From assembly GCF_003918875.1 (NCBI RefSeq), contig NW_025767492.1:1-64000 (forward strand): a DNA stretch of 64,000 nucleotides, read 5' to 3'. The translations under genes were made by a program, and so were the position numbers. Under the pieces are notes generated by a model. That model searched no databases and was not told the DNA's origin. It was given only the letters and a program-made list of their open reading frames with translations. Source of the DNA: Haliotis rubra. Lineage: Eukaryota. Each line of letters begins with the position of its first letter. Positions within the stretch are counted from its first letter, which is position 1. This document shows, piece by piece, positions 41,651-55,179 of the stretch.

Positions 41651-42112
41651 GGTGCTGTGGTACAAAACAACCTTAGCGCTAAGACTACCGTATTAAGTCA
41701 ATGTTAAGGTATAGAGTTAAGGTCACCTTAGCGCTAAGACTACCGTATTAAGTCAATGTTAAGGTATAGAGTTAAGGTCACCTTAGCGCTAAGACTACCG
41801 TATTAAGTCAATGTTAAGGTATGGGAGTTAAGGTCACCTTAGCGCTAAGACTACCGTATTAAGTCAATGTTAAGGTATGTTAGTTAAGGTCACCTTAGCG
41901 CTAAGACTACCGTATTAAGTCAATGTTAAGCTATGGGAGTTAAGGTCACCTTAGCGCTAAGATCAATTTATACAACGGCACTCTGGGGCTCCTTTCACGA
42001 AGCAACCTTTATTAAGGTTAACCTAACACCCATTCTTTAACACTGCACTATGATCACCTTAGTGACTTACGTTCAGCTGAAGTACATGTAGTGCTTTGAA
42101 AAAGGAGGCCCA
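41651..42112. mobile_element. Two adjacent Harbinger-like MITEs, the first with an expanded 55-56-bp internal tandem repeat (x5)
   Basis: TIR pairs GGTGCTGTGGTACAAAA / TTTATACAACGGCACT and GGGCTCCTTTC / AAAGGAGGCCC with CTG junctions. The unit contains the palindrome CTTAGCGCTAAG. Paralog 48313-48551 has one unit; empty site at about 28937. Confidence 0.7.
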
Positions 42113-42398
42113 TGGGCGTATATCACTTCCAATCGCCTTTCCAACACAATAAGTACCTCAAACGCCTTTCAATGGTCCAGCAGTTTTTATGAATGTACAT
42201 CGAATTTGTATCCTCTTCAAAGAGGTTTTTATGTATGCACGTTAACTGATGGATCCGAAGAATAATTCAACCAATGAGACCTGTCGAGTTATTCATGAGA
42301 ATTTCAGACCCCTGTCGGCGCATGTCCATTGGGAAACCAACACTGGACAGCTACGTCGCTCTCTCAGTTGACTCACTGGTCTTACTTACACAGGAAGG

Positions 42399-43594
42399 AT
42401 GAAGGAAGGGAACAACTTTTGTTCATCTGGTAGGCTATTTAGGATGGCTTTTCAGTGGCTAATATGCTATAGCCAAGAATATCACCAGGTACGTTATGCA
42501 TTGTTGACCTCTTCATTCAGATATTGTGTAAAGTGTATTTATATGTGTAAATGTGTATCTTCAGTCTCAGTCCAACTTAACTGCACTGTTAATGGTCGCT
42601 ACAACTACAATAACGTATAACGTACATAAGCTTTATGTAAACATCTCAATGTAGGATTATATCATATTTTTTACATACAGAGTCTTCACTATTTTACCTC
42701 GGATCCGGTTCATGCAGGTAGCCAAAGTAGTGTAAGTCCCCATGGTCCCTAGCATGGTGATCAGCCTTCAGTTGCTGGCGAAATATAGCTAATTTTTACG
42801 TTGTATTGTCCAAAAATAGTTCTCTACTTTTAAAGATATATGCTAGCTAGTTTTAACTCATTTTGTGATAATCTAGTAATTTTACTGTCCTTCGTTGACA
42901 GGGTTTTATATATTATATGTATGTATTATGAATTTAGAACTAGTTTTAGTCACGATATGGCTGAAATATTGCCAATGTGGCTTTAAATTTTAACTCACTC
43001 ACTCACTCACCTCGGATCCGAATATCTTCACACAGTCACTTCACGGGTCACATTTACATCCGGGTTCAACAAAAACCAACACCAGCATCACCTATTGTAA
43101 CACCATCATTACACGTGTACACTTGATGAATTCTTTTCTAATTATCTGCATATAGCTGTTCGCATTTCTTTTAAAACTGCATCATACGAACTTAGTGAAT
43201 ACTGTACAGAATATTCCATTGCCCTTTCTTTTACTTCAAAGTGCATTTACCTTTCTCAAAAAAAAAGATATCATTGTTTCAGGACAAGTGTTCAAGGGAC
43301 AAATGGACCAGTCATCTGACAGAAGAACAACGGATGGCTCCTGTGACAAAGAAGTCTGTGTTGCTGGTGTCGGAGTGCCTGGGCGAAGGTTGGGACACGG
43401 TCGGACTCCGACTGGGACTGTCCTATGCTTGTGTACAGAGGTGTAAGCTGCCTCGCTGTATGCTGGACAAGTGGAGGATGAAGGAGGGTTTGAAGGCTAC
43501 AGTGGACTTGCTGGTGAATGTGCTCCATGAGAGTTTGTATGCCTGTACAGTGGACATGTTTGCTGTAGTCAAATATTTTAAACACTCTGTTTGA
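42399..43594 (+). CDS. Death-domain protein family A copy 3, 133 aa (exons 42399-42488, 43283-43594)
   Basis: MKEGNNFCSSGRLFRMAFQWLICYSQEYHQ|DKCSRDKW... The acidic exon 2 is genomically deleted and the frame is preserved. Confidence 0.75.
42708..43008 (+). mobile_element. 5'-truncated (ACTC)n-tailed retroposon in the A3 intron
   Basis: 12-bp TSD ACCTCGGATCCG (42696-42707, 43009-43020). Empty site in the paralog at about 49135. Confidence 0.85.
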
Positions 43595-44763
43595 TGTTCA
43601 CAGCATACATCACCGGTAGGCGCTGCCAAAAAGAGGATAACATTTCTTCAAACCATTCACTGTGTTGCATTTGAATCTATAAAGTCCGTCATGTCTGAGA
43701 TTACTATTACTGGTCATATCCTTTCATCAATGTCCTGCGGCTAACTAATTTGGATTCATGGAAAAACATATATGATCAGTTTAATGATAACTCTTGGTGA
43801 TGATTTCTTACTACGGTTTAGAAAAAAAGATAAAGACTTCTCTGAATTGAAAAACTCTAATGTGATAAGAGTTAATCACTGTAAATTGACAAGCCTAACA
43901 TGGAATAAAACAAGTCATTTCATAAATGTACATTGAGCATTTTGGAGTACATGTAGTATTAGCATGTATTGTGTGTGCAGTTGGTTTCTTTTTCACAATG
44001 ATGTTGTTTCAATGTCACTGCTAACCAAAGATACGTATATTTATGTAGCGGATCAGAAGTATCAATGTAATATTTGGGCACGCATGTATGCACGTTACGT
44101 CATTCATCTTTGTAGAGGTCATGTCGTGGTTAGTGAAATTATCAATGCACTTAATGATACATGAATCATTTGAACGTTCCTGAAACAAATGTATTTCTAA
44201 ACATTCACTTTCAACTTGAGTCAAGGCGTTTAACGTAACAATTAATCCACACAACAACAGATGAGGTCAGGTGTGTCAAAATAGCTCAAACCCGGAAGTA
44301 TTTCCCTTTTTATTTAAGAAAACACACTAGAAACGGCCCACACTTTGCTTGTAAAGGGAAGCATGTATCGTAGATTATTGTCTTCTTATCATAAAAAACA
44401 TTCATGTTGGGTATGTTTAAAATTGGGCGAAATCACAATGAAAGTTTCTATCAGTAGTGATACAAACTGTTTACATACATTAAGATGCAAAATATTTATT
44501 TCTACTATTTCAAATTCAATGTTTCAAAAGTGGTCAGGTTAGTTACGAAGACATTTGATTGACCAAACACTCTTTCCCAATCATAGACAGGGTTAGAATG
44601 ACGTATCTATAAATAGTAACACGTCACAACTATTTCAAGTAAATCCGAAAATTGTGATCCGTAACGTTACCACAACCACTATCGCCTGCATGGGACATGT
44701 ATAACGTAACGAGCTGCCATTGAGCCCAGATGGTCTATTTCTTCAGGGCAGGACTGACTGAAC

Positions 44764-45355
44764 ATGATCCGTCGGAGATATTTTATGCAGAGAGATTTTA
44801 AGAGACGGTTTTCTTTATTGCTGCAGAGGATTTTCTGCTGCTATGAACAGTTTGAATTTCAGGTAGGACAAACATATATGTTTATGTATTTGTTGTATTA
44901 AGCTATAATTGTTATGGTTTTATTGCTCGATGTATTACATAGAAGCATTGCGCTTCAAAAACACCGAAACCATCATGATATTTCTAGCAAAATTGGTGCT
45001 ATCATATTTATATTTACAGCCATTATCCAGTGATGGTGGGTCAACAGTGCCTCTGCCTGCTGTTATTCAGAACTCTTGTGTCTCCGAGCAGACTCCACAG
45101 TGTGTAGCTGGGCATATTGGGGAGGGATTTGAAGCAGTGGCCATAAGACTGGGCCTACCAAAGGTGTTCATAGACAGGTGTAAGATGTCTCACTCCTCGC
45201 ATCACATGCAGGTGTTTCACATGATGTACACGTGGAGGCAGATAACTGGGACACAAGCTACGGTCAGGGTTCTGATGGATGTTCTGGCAGACTCTGTACA
45301 CGTGTGTGATGTTGATGTGGACGCCGTTGTAAGGCTGTTGAAGACAATGGAGTAA
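44764..45355 (+). CDS. Death-domain protein family B copy 2, 144 aa (exons 44764-44862, 45020-45355)
   Basis: MIRRRYFMQRDFKRRFSLLLQRIFCCYEQFEFQ|PLSSDGG..IGEGFEAVAIRLGLPKVFIDRCKMSH..QVFHMMYTWRQ..GTQAT, joined by a phase-0 GT/AG intron. Confidence 0.78.
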
Positions 45356-48300
45356 ATGTCATGGATTTGATTTATGATGTGAGTCTAAGGAAAAGCTATA
45401 ACCAGAAGCTGCAGGAAACATGTACTTGTAGACGCTGCAGGCTGGAAAGGTGTAGTTAGAGTCAGAATGTATTTTGGTCAAATATATTTCTCTTCACAGT
45501 TATATGGGCCGATATCATATCTACCGGCTTCACATCCTAATGAGAACCTTATTCATGAGTTTTCTATGCTCGTACGCAGATGAGGAAGGATGGCTTCAGC
45601 ACTATCATTTCGAGAAACATTCACACCTTGTATCCATGGTGGGATTTCTGTTGTGACGAATAAGAAGCATATGGGTGTCAGATATACTCAGTTCAGCATG
45701 TTACTATAACGGCCATGAGAAGAGACCAGTAAACACTCTACGTTTCTATAAACGTTGTTGTTCTTCGATCAAAAGATAGTGATCCTTTGTGTGTCTGTGT
45801 CAGTGTCTGTCTAAATCTAGCTTGTGCAGCTGTGTCATGGGCATCTCCCTGCTGCTGAAGCTGAAATATTACACACTGGAGACACGCCTGCTAGCTGCTG
45901 ACCTCTCGTTGTGTATAACAAATAATCACTGCAATGACGATCCGAACATTCTGACAATATGTCAGTGACAGGTTTTATGCTCGTCATCGATAAATCAGTC
46001 ATGGTCACGACTGGGGACGTAAGGGATCAGCTTTAAACAGTGTCCCTAGTTGAGGTCATAGTTGCATTATGTGTACATAACCTTTAAGCGCACAGAGCAG
46101 TTATTAGTGAATGATGCGCTATATAAATGCCATTATTATTATTATTATTATTAATATTATTATTATGTAAGGGTTATGCTGCTATATGGCTTACATATAT
46201 CATAATACCTTAACGTTACGTTAAGTAAAACACCGTGTCCAATGGGTATTTTGTTCTAGAAAATATAAGAAAGGTAATTCAAGGTGTTTAAACAAACATG
46301 TCGTAGTTGCTATCCTATAGTTAGCTTTTATCAGTTGCTTCAGACTCTTCATGTTAATGATCCGAGAATTCAGACATCGAATCTCTTAATGCAATGCCAG
46401 TTACATAAAATATATCCTTTTCTCATGAATGTTATGTAAACTGACAGGGTAAAGGGTGTTATAGTCATATCTGTTTTGTACACATTATGAAAATGTTTTG
46501 CTGATATATCATGGTGCCTCTAGACGACGCATCCTTGATGTATTATTTGTAAAGTGGGGGTCACGGGGCCATCGAGATGAAGCCGAGATTCTCGATGCCT
46601 TGATGAACGCAAAATGATATTGTACGGATTATTCATAACTCTCAGATTGCTGTTAACAATCGCAGTTGTCGTAAAGTGTCAGGAAGTGTTCCAGAGTTTC
46701 GGGTATAATTCGGGTAAAATCCTATTTCGTTTTAATGTTCCTTTTCCGTATTTTTATGACATTCTTAGTCCTATTTTGTATTGTTGTGATTCCATGCCAA
46801 TCCACTGAACCATGTGCTCTGATCCGCGATGAACCTTGTTCGATGTACTGTGTGTAAAGTGATGTAATCAAACAGCTGGATCAAATCGAATAGTGTCTTC
46901 TATTCAAGACAGGAGTCATTGTTTTGTAAACAAATATTGTCTGCAAACTATTGGTTAAATTCGTGAATGCTGAAAGAAGCATTTTCATGAACAGTTGGCT
47001 GTCTTGACAAACAAGTCATCCAGCACAAAGATTTACACGATCCGAAACTACATCAGATCACATGACAAGTCACTCGATCTTAGATCTGAACCCGAATCCG
47101 GGTTTTCCCACAGCTCAAACTGAACCAGTCCATGAGCCGCAAATTAATTATAACTCAGAAGATGTTGATTGGAACAAGCAAAGTAGTTGGTGATATGTCC
47201 TGATCTATGCTGTTCTCATGTTCGTCATCCACCAGTTCGGACTGATTCAAGTTTTGTAGTACTGGCCCACTTAGACACCATGCCACAGTGTAACATGGTC
47301 ACACCAGTCACACACAGTATACCAACAGGTGCTTATTAACTACATGGACAGCGTCAGCAGAGTAACAACAAGAGCCGTCTTTCAGTGTATTTCTGTGCCA
47401 GATGAGGATCGAACCACTGACCATCGACTCTCCGGGAAGACACCCTGTCCACTACACCATGAAGGCAGACATGTACAGGGACATGAAGGAAAATATAGTA
47501 TATAGGGAATTGTACTTCTCATGTATTGTCATATGAATTATGGCACAGAGACATCAACTGAATATGTATCTAATAGTACATTAAAATCCACAAAACAAAT
47601 ACTACAATATATAGACACAAAGCAGTCGAGTCATTTATAAGCATGACAAATAAGGTGACATTATATGAGGAATTTACATTATCATAAGAGACGAAGAACC
47701 CTCCAGCCCATAGCTGTCTCCAGTAGCAACTGTAACTGTTGTCGTGGATAGATATGATGCATACAGGTTTTATAATTTTTCTGTGAATGAATATGCATTA
47801 CACAGCTTCAGCGTGGTTCGGTTATTCTTTTGCTTTGTGGGGGGAGAGGTGGGTGAGGGTTGTTGTTTTATTTCTTTGTTTCACTTGTTTTATACATGTA
47901 TGTGGTACGGCTGTGGATGTCATGGGACGTTATGAGGTAGTTCAAGAGATCCCATCAGAATAGGAAGAAATGTTCACTAACACGGTTTGTCTTGAGATTA
48001 TATGTTGACAACATGAAAGTTGTAAATGGAACAGATCCACTCACTTCACAAAACCAAATCAACTGTAGTAGCATGTCCATGAACTTGCTGGCTTACACAT
48101 CACTGCCCAAATATGGTGCTGGGACAAGAACCATGAACCATACGCGTTATCACAACAGATATTTACAGAGTAACTGTGATTAGCTAGCGGATCCGAAGTT
48201 TATTTCAGCCCTGGAGTTATATACATGCAGTTCAAAGACTTGTCGAATCATAATCAGTCAGTTGGGAAATCCGACAAATATGGTGCTTGCAATTACATTC

Positions 48301-48835
48301 AGTTATTGACCTGGGTGCTATGGTACAGAACAACCTTAGCGCTAAGACTACCGTATTAAGTCAATGTTAAGGTATGGGAGTTAAGGTCACCTTAGCGCTA
48401 AGATCACTTTATACAACGGCACTCTGGGGATCCTTTCACGAAGTAACCTTTATTAAGGTTACCCTAACTCCCATTCTTTAACACTGCACTATGATTACCT
48501 TAGTGACTTACGATCACCTTAAGTACATGTAGTGATTTGTGAAAGGAGGCCCTGGTCGTATATCACTGCCAATCGCCTTTCTTACACGAAAAGTACCTGA
48601 AAAGCCTTTCAATGGTCAGGCAGGTTTGTGAATGTACATCGAATTTGTATCCTCTTCAAAAAGGTTTTTATGTATTCACGTTAACTGATGGATCCGAAGA
48701 ATAATTAAACAAATGAGAGCTGTCAAATTATTCATAAGCATTTCACAGACCCCTGTCGGCACCTGTCCATTGAGACACCAACACTGGACAGCTACGTCGC
48801 TCTCTCAGTTCCCTCAGTGGTCTTACACAGGGAGG

Positions 48836-49868
48836 ATGAAGGAACGGAACATCTGTTGTTCATTTGGTCGGCTATTTAGGATGGCTTTTCAGTGGCTACT
48901 ATGCTGTAGCCAAGAATATCACCAGGTACGTTATGCAATGTTGACATTTTTATTCAGATATTGTGTAAAGTGTATTTATATGTGTAAATGTGTGTCTATC
49001 AGTCTCAGGCCAACTTAACTGCACTGTTAATGGTCGTTTCAACTACAATAACGTATAACGTACATAAGCATTATTTAAACATCTGAATGTAGGATTATAT
49101 CATATTTTTTACATACAGAGTCTTCACTATTTTACCTCGGATCCGAATATCTTCACACAGTCACTTCACGGATTACATTTACATCCGGATTCAACAAAAA
49201 CCAACACCAGCATCACCTATTGTAACACCATCATTACACGTGTACACTTGATGAATTCTTTTCTAATTATCTGCGTATAGTTGTTCGCATTTGTTTCAAA
49301 ACTGCATCATACGAATTTAATGAATTCTGTACTGAATATTCCATTGTCCTTTCTTTTACTTCAAAGTGCATTTACCTTTCTCAAAAAAAACATATCATTG
49401 TTTCAGGACAAGTGTTCAAGGGACGACTGGACCAGTCATCTGACAGAAGAACAACGGATGGCTCCTGTGACAAAGAAGTCTGTGTTGCTGATGTCGGAGT
49501 GCCTGGGCGAAGGTTGGGAGATGGTCGGACTCCGACTAGGACTGTCCTATGCTTGTGTACAGAGGTGTAAGCTGCCTCACTGTATGCTGGACAAGTGGAG
49601 GATGAAGGAGGGTGTGAAGGCTACAGTTGGCGTGCTGGTGAATGTGCTCCAGGAGAGTGTGTATGCCTGTACAGTGGACATGTTTGCTGTAGTCAAATGT
49701 TTTCAACACTCTGTTTCATGTTCACAACATACATCACCGGTAGGCGCTGCCAAAATGAGGATCACATTTCTTCAAACCATTCACTGTGTTGCATTTGAAT
49801 CTATAAAGTCCGTTACGTCTGAGATTACTATTACTGGTCATCTCCTTTTATCAATTTCCTGCGGCTAA
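48836..49868 (+). CDS. Death-domain protein family A copy 4, 183 aa (exons 48836-48925, 49407-49868), C-terminal read-through
   Basis: MKERNICCSFGRLFRMAFQWLLCCSQEYHQ|DKCSRDDW... Exon 2 is deleted, and the stop TGA of copy 3 is TCA here. Confidence 0.72.
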
Positions 49869-51097
49869 CTAATTTGGTTTCATGGAAAAACATATATGAC
49901 CAATTTAATGATTACTCTTGGTGATGATTTGTTACTACGATTTAAGAACAAAGACTAGAGATAAAGACTTCTCTGAATTGAAAACCACTAGTGTGATAAG
50001 AATTTAATCACTGTAAATTAACATACCTAACACGGAATAAAAAAGTCATTTCATAAATGTACATTAAGCACTTTTGAGTACATGTTGTGTTAGCATGTAC
50101 CATGTGTGCAGTTGGTTTGCTTTTTCACATGGATGTTGTTTCAATGTCACTGCCAGCCAAAGATACGTATGATTATTCCACCATTGAGCTTACGTCTTGA
50201 AACAAATCACAATATTGTGGAGAAAGAACATTTTTTATATTTGTTTCTTGTCCAACTGGCTTCACTATCTGGTCCAGAATCGAATATTTACAGACCACTG
50301 TCATTTAGGTGGCATAGTTCTCAGTGCGGTGTAAAAAACGAAGTAGCGTCTAGTTTGGATCCGATATTTGTAGCGGATCCGAAGAATCAATGTAATATTT
50401 GGGTACGCATGTATGCAGGTTACGTCAGTCATCTTTGTTGAAGGCATTTCCTGGTTAGTGAAATGATCAATACACTTAATGATACATGCATCATTTGAAC
50501 GTTCCTGAAACAAATGTATTTCTAAACAATCACTTTCAAATTGAGTCAAGGCGTTAAATGTATCAATTATTCCACACAGCAACAGATGAGGTCAGATGTG
50601 TCAAACTAGCTCAAACCCGGAAGTATTTCCTTTTTTATTTAAAACAAAACTAGAAACGGACCACACCTTGCTTGTAAAGTTGAAGCATGTATCGTAGATT
50701 ATTGGCTTCTTATCATAAAAAGATTCATGTTGGGTATGTTTAAAATTGGGCGAAATCACAATCTAGTGCAAAATTTGTATCAGCAGTGATACAAACAGTT
50801 TACATGTATGAAGATGCAAAATATTTATTTCTACTATTTCAAATTCATATTTGTTTTTCAAGAGTGGTCAGGTTAGATACTGAGACATTTTATTGACCAA
50901 GCAGTCTTTCCCAATCATAGACAGCGTTAGAATGACGTATCTATTAATAGTAACACGTCACAACTATTTCAAGTAAATCCGAAAATTGTGATCCGTTACG
51001 TTACCACAACCACTATCGACTGCATGGGACATCTATAACGTAACGAGCTGTCATTGAGCCCAGTTGTCCTATGTCTTCAGGGGAGGACTGACTGAAC

Positions 51098-51702
51098 ATG
51101 TTCCGTCAGAGATTTTTTATACAGAGAGTTTTTGAGAGACGATTTTTTTTTCTCTTCAGAGGATTTTCTGCTGCTATGGACAGTTTGAATATCAGGTGGG
51201 GCCTTTAGGAAAAAAACATATATGTTTATGTATTTATTGTATTAAGTTACAATTGTTATTGTGATGTTGGTCGATTTATTACATTGAGTCATTGTACGTC
51301 ACAAACATCTATACCATCATGGCATTTTCTACAAAAAGAGCGGTACTATTATATCTATGTTTGCAGCCACTATCCAGCGATGGTGGGTCAACAATACCTC
51401 TGACTGACGCTATTCAGGACTCCTGTCTCCCAGAGCAGCTTCTACTGCGTGTAGCTGAGCATATTGGGGAGGGATTTGAAGCATTTGGCATAAGACTGGG
51501 CCTACCCAAGGCGTTCATAGACAGGTGTAAGATGTCTCACTCCTCGCATCACATGCAGGTGTTTCACATGATGTACACGTGGAGGCAGTTAGCTGGGACA
51601 CAAGCTACGGTCAAGGTTCTGATGGATGTTCTGGCAGACTCTGTACACGTGTGTGATGTTGATGTGGACGCCGTTGCAAGGCTGTTGAAGACAATGGAGT
51701 AA
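51098..51702 (+). CDS. Death-domain gene family B copy 3 (exons 51098-51195, 51367-51702); exon 1 is 1 nt short in a T9 run
   Basis: DD exon is intact and near-identical to B1. Exon 1 is 98 nt vs 99 in B2 and the donor is altered to GTGGGG. Could be a pseudogene or a homopolymer assembly error. Confidence 0.6.
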
Positions 51703-52219
51703 ATGTCATGGATTTGATTTATGATGTGAGTCTAAGGAAAAGCTATAACCAGAAGCTGCAGGAAACATGTACTTGTAGACGCTGCAGGCTGGAAAGATGT
51801 AGTTAGAGTCAGAATGTATTTTGGTCAAATATATTTCTCTTCACAGTTATATGGGCCGATATCATATCTACCGGCTTCACATCCTAATGAGAACTTTATT
51901 CATGAGTGTTCTATGCTCGTACACAGACAAGGGAGGATGGCTTCAGCACTATCATATTGAGACACATTCGCAACTTGTGTCCATGGTGGGATTTCTGTTG
52001 TGACGAATAAGAAACATATGTGTGTCAGATATACCCAGGTCAGCATGTTACTATAACGGCCATGAGAAGAGACCAGTAAACACTCTACGTTTTTAGAAAC
52101 GTTGTTGTTCCTCCATCAAAAGATAGTGATCCTTTGTGTGTCCGTGTCAGTGTTTGTCTGTATCTAGCTTGTGAAGCTGTGTCATGGACATCTCCCTGCT
52201 GCTGAGGCTGAAATTTTAC

Positions 52220-52302
52220 ACACTGGAGATACGCCTGCTAACACTGGAGATACGCCTGCTAACACTGGAGATACGCCTGCTAACACTGAAGATACGCCTG
52301 CT
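52220..52302. repeat. 21-bp minisatellite x4
   Basis: Paralog of 26259-26381. Confidence 0.88.
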
Positions 52303-53617
52303 GAGATAACTGCTGAGCTCTCGCTGTGTATAACAGTTACACGAGTGTCGCCGCAATGACGATCCGAACATTCTGACAATATGTCAGTGACAGGTTTTAC
52401 GCTGGTCATTGATAAATCTGTCAGGTCACCACTGGGAACAACAGGAATTGCCTTCATATAGTGTCCCTAGTTGAGGTCATAGCTGCAAAACGTCTTCATA
52501 TAAATGTATACGTAGCCTGTATATAAGTGTTAAATTGATATATTGCTTACATATATAATTATACTTTATGTTATAGAATATGAATAAAACATCATGTACA
52601 ATGAGTATTTTGTTCTTGAAAATATGCGGAAGGGTATTTATTAAAAAAATATTTAAGGTGTTTATACAAACATGTCGTTGTTGCTATCCTATCGATAGCT
52701 TTTATGAGTTGTCGGGCTCTGGTTTTAAGGATCCGAGAAATTACACATGTGACCTTCACGAATGATCGATGATAACAACACATGTGAACCTGATCCGAAA
52801 ATTACTCTCACAAACATTAGTGCTTCCATTACATATACACGCATATGGAGAGGCCCCGTAACTCGAACTCATCTCACCTCTAGACAATGCATCATTGTTG
52901 CATTATTTGCAAAGGAGTGGTCTCGAGGCTATGGAGATGATCCCGAGATTCTAAATGCTTGAGGAAGGTAAAATGATATTTTTCGGATTTAATCACAACT
53001 CTCAGATTGCTGCTAAAATCGGACCCATTGTTTGTATTGTGAACATTTATTGTTTGTAAACTATAAACTAGATTCGTTTAGGGTGAAAGAATCATTTTCA
53101 TGGACAGTTAGCTGTCTTGACAAACAAGTCATGCAGCTGAAAGATTTACACAATCCGAAACTACAACAGAACACATGACACAGGACTCGTTATATGATCC
53201 GAACTTTGCGAATCCGAGTCCATGAGCTGCAAATTAACTATACCTCAGAAGATGTTGACTGGAACAAGCAAAGTAGTGGCTGAAATGTCCTCAGCGGATA
53301 ACGATCAATGCTGTCCTCGCGTTCATCTTACTAGTTCGGAGTGATTCCAGTTTTGCAGTACTGGCCCACTTAGACGCCATGCCACAATGTAACATGGTCA
53401 CACCAGTCACACACAGTATACCAGCCGGTGCTTATTAACTAAATACCGGGCGCCAGCAGAGTAACAACAAGAGCCGTCTTTCAGTGTATTTCTATGTTTG
53501 GCAGATGAGGATCGAACCACGAACCATCGACTCTCCGGGAAGACGCCCTGTCCACTACACCACGAAGGCAGACATGTATAGCGACATGAGGGACAATATA
53601 GTTTATAGGGAATTATT

Positions 53618-53853
53618 GTGAGTGAGTGAGTGAGATTAGCTTTACGCCGCACTCAGCAATATTCCCGCTCAGGTGGTGGTCTGTAAATAATCGAGTCTGG
53701 ACCAGACAATCCCGTGATCAACTGTATGAACATCGATGTACGGATTTGGATACGTGTCAACCAAGTCAGCGAGCCAAACCACCCGATCCCGTTAGTCTCC
53801 TCTTACGACAAGCATGGGTTACAAAAGACCAATTCTAGCTGGATTTTCACGGG
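53618..53853 (-). mobile_element. (ACTC)n-tailed SINE
   Basis: Same position as 27733-27970 within the large duplication. Confidence 0.85.
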
Positions 53854-55179
53854 TATAGGAAATTATACTTCATATGTATTGTCATATGGTATGACACACA
53901 GACATCAACTGAACATCTAATAGTGCATTAAAAACCACTAAACATATACTACAATATATAGACTCAAAGCAGTCGAGTCAGTTATAAGCACGATCCGACA
54001 AATAAGTTGACAGGAGATAACATTATCACAAGGGACATAGAACCCTCCAGCTTATAGCTGTCTCCAATAGCAACTGTGACTATTGTCATGGATAGATATG
54101 ATTCATATAGGTTTTACATATTTTCTGTTAATGAATGTGCATTACACAGTTTCAGCTTGGAAGTCACATTTAAAAGCTTTAGTCCTGTCTGAAGAAACAT
54201 CCAGTTTAAATGTTATCAATTGTAAGTGTTGGGGTATTTCTATTTTGCTTTGTAGGGTAATTTTGTGTGTGTGTCCGTGCGTGCGTGTGTGTGGTGTTTG
54301 GTTCTGGTTTGGTATGTTTTGTTTTTTTTTTTGTTTGTTTGTTTTACTTGTTTCATAAAAGTGTGTGATTGGGGTATGGGTGTCACGTGACGTTATGGGG
54401 AAGTTCAAGAACCCCATCAGAATTGGAATTAACTGAAATGGTCACTGACACAAGTCATCATGACATTACATGCTGACCAAATAATATAGTAGATGGAAGA
54501 GATCCACTCACTTCGCGAAACCAAATCAGCTGTAATAGCAAGTTCATGTACTTCACTTCCAAAATATGGTGCTGGGATGAGATAACATCCTGCTGATCCT
54601 AGTTCATATCACTGTCATGAACCATCCGTGTTATCACAGCAGATATTTACAGATTGGCTGTGATTAGCTGGCGGATCCGAAGAATATTTTAGCCCTGGGT
54701 TTATGTATATGCAATTTAAAGACCCGTCTAAGCACCATCAATCAGTTGGGAAATCCGACAAATATGGGGCTTGAATTTACATGTACTTATTGACCTGAGT
54801 GTATATAACCGCCAATCTGTCCAGCACAATAAGTACCTGAAAAACCTTTCATTGATGCGGCAGTTTTTATAAATGTCCATCAAATTTGTATCCATATTTT
54901 CAAAACACCTATCCATATTTTAAAAACACTCGACTTAATAAAAGTCCTCTTCAAAGAGGTTTTCATGTATGCACGTCAACTGGTGGATCCGAAGAATGAT
55001 TCAACCAATGAGAGCTGTCGAGTTATTCATATGCATTTCACAGACCCCAGTCGGCGCATGTCCACTGAGACACCAACACTGGACAGCTACGTCGCTCTCT
55101 CAGTTGACTCAGTGGTCTTACTTACACAGGGAGGTAGAAGGAACGGAACAACTGTTGTTCATTTGGTCGGCTATGTAGG

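Noticed and set aside
41670-41964. CRISPR-like array of palindromic repeats
   Set aside because: The intervening sequences are near-identical rather than unique spacers, the context is eukaryotic, and there are no cas genes.
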